From Taibaiella soli (GTDB lineage: Bacteria > Bacteroidota > Bacteroidia > Chitinophagales > Chitinophagaceae): 47,690 bases of DNA. The notes under the pieces are model-generated. The model was not told the origin of the DNA and ran no database searches. It saw nothing but the letters and a program-made list of their open reading frames with translations. Positions 44,563 to 47,690 of the stretch are shown piece by piece (the stretch's first letter is position 1; the number at the start of each line of letters is the position of its first letter). The translations under genes were made by a program, and so were the position numbers. The stretch is taken from the NCBI GenBank assembly GCA_040392625.1, contig JBEBVQ010000001.1, positions 1 to 47,690 on the forward strand, in the 5' to 3' direction.

Positions 44563-44597
44563 CGGAAATTTGAAAATTTGAGAATTTGAAGATGAAA
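44563..44597 (+). repeat. family C repeat (AATTTGAA AATTTGAG AATTTGAA octamer periodicity)
   Basis: Directly downstream of ssb. It is the inverted partner of 44725-44761. Confidence 0.7.
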
Positions 44598-44724
44598 CAA
44601 TAGGTTTGAAGTGCACCCGTCACAACAGCATAGACTTTTTGTTACTTGTTCCGGTATCATCCGGATTCACTAATTTTCATGTCGGGAAATAAAATAATGG
44701 CCGTAATGCATCCAATAATAGTAA

Positions 44725-44761
44725 TATTTTCAAATTTTCAAATACCCGAATTTTCAAATTT
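44725..44761 (-). repeat. family C repeat, inverted orientation
   Basis: TTTTCAAATTTTCAAATACCCGAATTTTCAAATTT ends 3 nt before the gldE ATG. Confidence 0.7.
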
Positions 44762-44764
44762 AGG

Positions 44765-46096
44765 ATGAACGGCCTGTTACAAATAACCCCTGAAGGTTTT
44801 TCAGTTTCGGATGTTACGATCCTGATGATCATCACGTTGGTCTTGCTATTGCTGACGGCAGTCACCTCCGGTGCAGAAACTGCCTTCTTCTCCCTCAGGG
44901 CAAAAGACGTGCATCATCTTAAAACAAAAGATCAGCCCAATGCCCGCATGGCTGTTAACCTGCTCGACCATCCGCGGGCGCTGCTCGCCACCATACTGGT
45001 CGCAAGTACATTTATAAATATTACGATCGTTTTTACGGCCAACCGGTTGATCGGGAAAATATTGTCGGAGATGGATGTGGCGGCTTCCGCCACAGGGGCG
45101 TTACTGATCAAAGTTGTTGTTATTGCCTTTTTGCTGATCCTGTTCGGTACGATACTGCCGAGGGTCTATGCCAGCAGGAATAATACCCGTATGGTGATCT
45201 TCGCGGCTCCTTTACTGACCGTTTTGCTGCGTTTGTTCCGCCCGGTAAGCCGTATGCTGGTTTCCTCCACTTCTTATTTTGAGGAAAAAATGACGACAAA
45301 ATCCGCAGATGTTTTCAGCACCAGGGATTTTGAGCAGGTGATCGAACGCACGGTCGGGCATACGGCTACGAAAGAGGAAGTGAACATCTTTAAAGGTATT
45401 CTGAAGTTCGGGAATATCACGGTACGCCAGATCATGCGTACCCGGCTGGATGTGTCTGCCATCCCTTACGATTACACATTTGCGCAGGTACAGCAGTCGG
45501 CCATCCGTGCCGGCTATTCCCGCATGCCGGTGTACCGCGGAAACCTGGATGATATTGCAGGGATGATCCATACTAAGGATTTCCTGCCGCATACCGAAGA
45601 TGATGATTTCGACTGGCATGGTCTGATACGTCCCGCGTATTTTGTACACGAGGGAAAGCTGATCGAGGATCTGCTGCATGAGTTCCAGCAAAAGCGTATT
45701 CATTTTGCCGTTGTGGCAGATGAATTCGGAGGGACTTCCGGGATCGTGACGCTGGAGGATATTATGGAGGAGATCATAGGTGATATCAGGGATGAATTTG
45801 ATGAGGATGATATCAATTTCAAAAAGCTGGACGACCGGAATTATATCTTCGACGGCAAGACGCTGATCAATGATGTATGCCGGATCATCGGGATCGCAAC
45901 AGACAGTTTCGAAGCTGTAAGAGGAGAGAGCGATTCGCTGGCCGGTCTGATCCTTGAGATCAGCGGCCGCTTCCCGGCTATCAACGAAACCGTTACCTGG
46001 CAGCAGTTTGAGTTTACCGCATTGGAACTTGACCGGATGCGGATCACCCGTGTTAAGCTGTCGATACATGATCCTGATGAAAACGATTCTTTTTAA
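44765..46096 (+). CDS. gldE: gliding-motility-associated protein GldE (DUF21-CBS-CorC/HlyC family)
   Basis: 443 aa with an N-terminal DUF21 TM domain, a CBS pair and a CorC_HlyC C-terminal domain. The mutY-ssb-gldE order matches what I recall for Flavobacterium johnsoniae. It could equally be annotated as a generic CNNM/hemolysin-family protein. Confidence 0.65.
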   Translation: MNGLLQITPEGFSVSDVTILMIITLVLLLLTAVTSGAETAFFSLRAKDVHHLKTKDQPNARMAVNLLDHPRALLATILVASTFINITIVFTANRLIGKILSEMDVAASATGALLIKVVVIAFLLILFGTILPRVYASRNNTRMVIFAAPLLTVLLRLFRPVSRMLVSSTSYFEEKMTTKSADVFSTRDFEQVIERTVGHTATKEEVNIFKGILKFGNITVRQIMRTRLDVSAIPYDYTFAQVQQSAIRAGYSRMPVYRGNLDDIAGMIHTKDFLPHTEDDDFDWHGLIRPAYFVHEGKLIEDLLHEFQQKRIHFAVVADEFGGTSGIVTLEDIMEEIIGDIRDEFDEDDINFKKLDDRNYIFDGKTLINDVCRIIGIATDSFEAVRGESDSLAGLILEISGRFPAINETVTWQQFEFTALELDRMRITRVKLSIHDPDENDSF

Positions 46097-46171
46097 TGAG
46101 CCAATTAGCTGATGTGCTGATCAGCTAATATCTGTCGCGAGGGATCATTAGTACATCAGCTAACTAAAAAA
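46090..46171 (+). repeat. family A element, copy A4
   Basis: Core 46116-46163 matches the reverse complement of 27348-27395 at 45/48 positions. The element starts at the gldE stop codon. Confidence 0.85.
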
Positions 46172-46245
46172 GGATTGATAATGTTTATAACTGTATTGAT
46201 GCTACCTGCGGGTTTTCATTATCTTTAACTATTGAAACATGACAA

Positions 46246-46970
46246 ATGCCGGTGAATAGCAAGCATAAATTTACTTTTGAGGCCGATTGCCGGAATTGTG
46301 ATGCACGTACCAAAAGTATATTCTGCCATCTGGGGCATGGAGAACTGGAGGAATTTAACGACATGAAGTCGTGCGTTATTTTCCGTAAGGGACAGCTTAT
46401 TTTTGGAGAGGGAGGGCATCCGCTGGGATTGTATTGCGTCAATGCCGGCAAAATAAAAATTGCGCATTCCGGCCCCGACGGTAAAGAGCAGATCGTACGT
46501 ATGGCCCGTGGTGGGGATGTGCTCGGGTACCGGGCGCTGCTTACCTCCGAACGGTACAACGCAAGCGCCGTAGCGCTGGATGACAGCGAGATTTGCTTTA
46601 TTCCCCGTGAGGCATTTTTCAATGTGCTCAAGACCAATACCGGGCTTTCTTATGAAATCATAAAGATGCTCTCTACCGAACTGCGGAAAGCAGAACGGAT
46701 GATCACAGACCTGGCGCAAAAGCCGGTTCGTGAACGTATGGCAGAAGCGCTCCTTTTCCTGAAAGAAACCTATGGCTTCGAAGCGGACGGCGCTACCATC
46801 AACGTCTCCCTCAGCCGGGAAGATATCGCAAACCTCGTAGGGACGGCGACAGAAACGGCTATCCGCCTGCTGTCGGAATTCAGGCAGGACAAGATCGTGG
46901 AGTCTGCCGGGAAAAAGATACGGATACTGGATATGGACAAGCTCGTCCACATAGCACGGCTGTATGATTG

Positions 46971-46971
<1 letters not shown>
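46246..46971 (+). CDS. Crp/Fnr-family transcriptional regulator with an N-terminal Cys cluster
   Basis: cNMP-binding-like beta-barrel (GLYCVNAGKIKI..RMARGGDVLGYRAL), C-terminal HTH (SREDIANLVGTATETAIRLLSEF) and N-terminal CRNCDARTKSIFC. Confidence 0.85.
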
Positions 46972-47057
<86 letters not shown>

Positions 47058-47115
47058 CATAATTGGTCATTGGTCATGCATGGTTCTGTATATTTGCCGT
47101 TTCTAAAACGCACCC

Positions 47116-47690
47116 GTGAAATATCGTAATGCCTTACTGATCGTACTGATCGTGATCCTGATCGACCAGGTATCGAAGTTTTATATAAAACTGAATTTTT
47201 CCTATGGCGAAGATCTGCTGGTGCTGGGCAGCTGGTTCCGTCTTCATTTTATTGAGAATGAAGGTATGGCATTCGGGATGAAGCTCAGTGATAACAGCAT
47301 CGGCAAGCTGGCGCTGACCTTGTTCCGCCTGGTTGCTGTAGTATTCGGCTTTTTCCTGCTGAAGAAGCTGGTGGTGAAGCAATATACACGGGGGCTGATC
47401 ATCTGCGGTGCATTGATCCTGGCCGGTGCTGCCGGGAACCTGATAGACAGTATGTTTTACGGTCTGATCTTCACGGAAAGTCCGTACTGTCCTCATTTCA
47501 CTACCGTTTGTGAAACGGCGCGGCTGGTAGCGCCGGGTCAGGGATACGGGCAGTTCTTACATGGTAAGGTTGTGGATATGCTCTATTTCCCGCTGATCAG
47601 CACTACGCTTCCGGACTGGCTGCCATTTTGGGGCGGGGACCGGTTTGATTTTTTTGAACCTGTTTTTAATATCGCCGATACTGCAATCTC
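47116..47690 (+). CDS. lspA: lipoprotein signal peptidase II (3' end beyond window edge)
   Basis: Not in the ORF track because it has no stop in the window. My translation from GTG 47116 (an in-frame TAA lies at 47104-47106) gives VKYRNALLIVLIVILIDQVSKFYIK..FIENEGMAFGM..AGAAGNLIDSMFYG..GKVVDMLYFP..FNIADTAI. These are the SPase II conserved boxes. Confidence 0.85.
   Translation, partial: MKYRNALLIVLIVILIDQVSKFYIKLNFSYGEDLLVLGSWFRLHFIENEGMAFGMKLSDNSIGKLALTLFRLVAVVFGFFLLKKLVVKQYTRGLIICGALILAGAAGNLIDSMFYGLIFTESPYCPHFTTVCETARLVAPGQGYGQFLHGKVVDMLYFPLISTTLPDWLPFWGGDRFDFFEPVFNIADTAI

Noticed and set aside
44463-44865. Minus-strand 65-aa and 62-aa ORFs in the ssb-gldE spacer
   Set aside because: They overlap the ssb 3' end and the gldE 5' end and are translated largely from family C repeats. 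No promoter box or plausible protein features are present.

Overview
This 47.7 kb window looks like core chromosome from a Bacteroidota genome. The phylum call rests on repeated TAnnTTTG -7 promoter boxes, gldE, an IPExxxVDY-family protein, and DUF4142/DUF4476/DUF3467 proteins. A Chitinophagaceae/Sphingobacteriia-like family is only a guess. I support 48 protein-coding loci. Two run off the window edges and are missing from the ORF track: a serine hydrolase at 1-1164 (-) and lspA at 47116-47690 (+). Two look disrupted: a GT2 glycosyltransferase with an in-frame TAG, and a frameshifted Bro-N/DinD-like gene. Confident housekeeping calls are tilS, fbaB, rdgB, mgtE, cspA-like, rpsO, pnp, rarA, guaA, nrnA, trxB, gmhA, gmhB, mutY, ssb, gldE and lspA. 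I found no rRNA, tRNA, CRISPR array, transposase or integrase. I did not find a convincing novel multi-gene protein system, and I say so plainly. The unusual content is non-coding. (A) A ~95 bp ATTAGC-rich hairpin element occurs four times and shares a conserved asymmetric 48-nt core. (B) Hairpins built from degenerate ATGARTK heptamers include a perfect 32-bp-stem palindrome and a six-fold perfect heptamer microsatellite upstream of lspA. (C) AATTTGAR/GAAAATT-type A/T-rich repeats sit at six intergenic sites. (D) A 28-bp GC-containing palindrome occurs twice with a compensatory stem change, and in one copy the 3' arm is triplicated. The many long antisense ORFs in the track are all codon-aligned shadows of real genes and are rejected.
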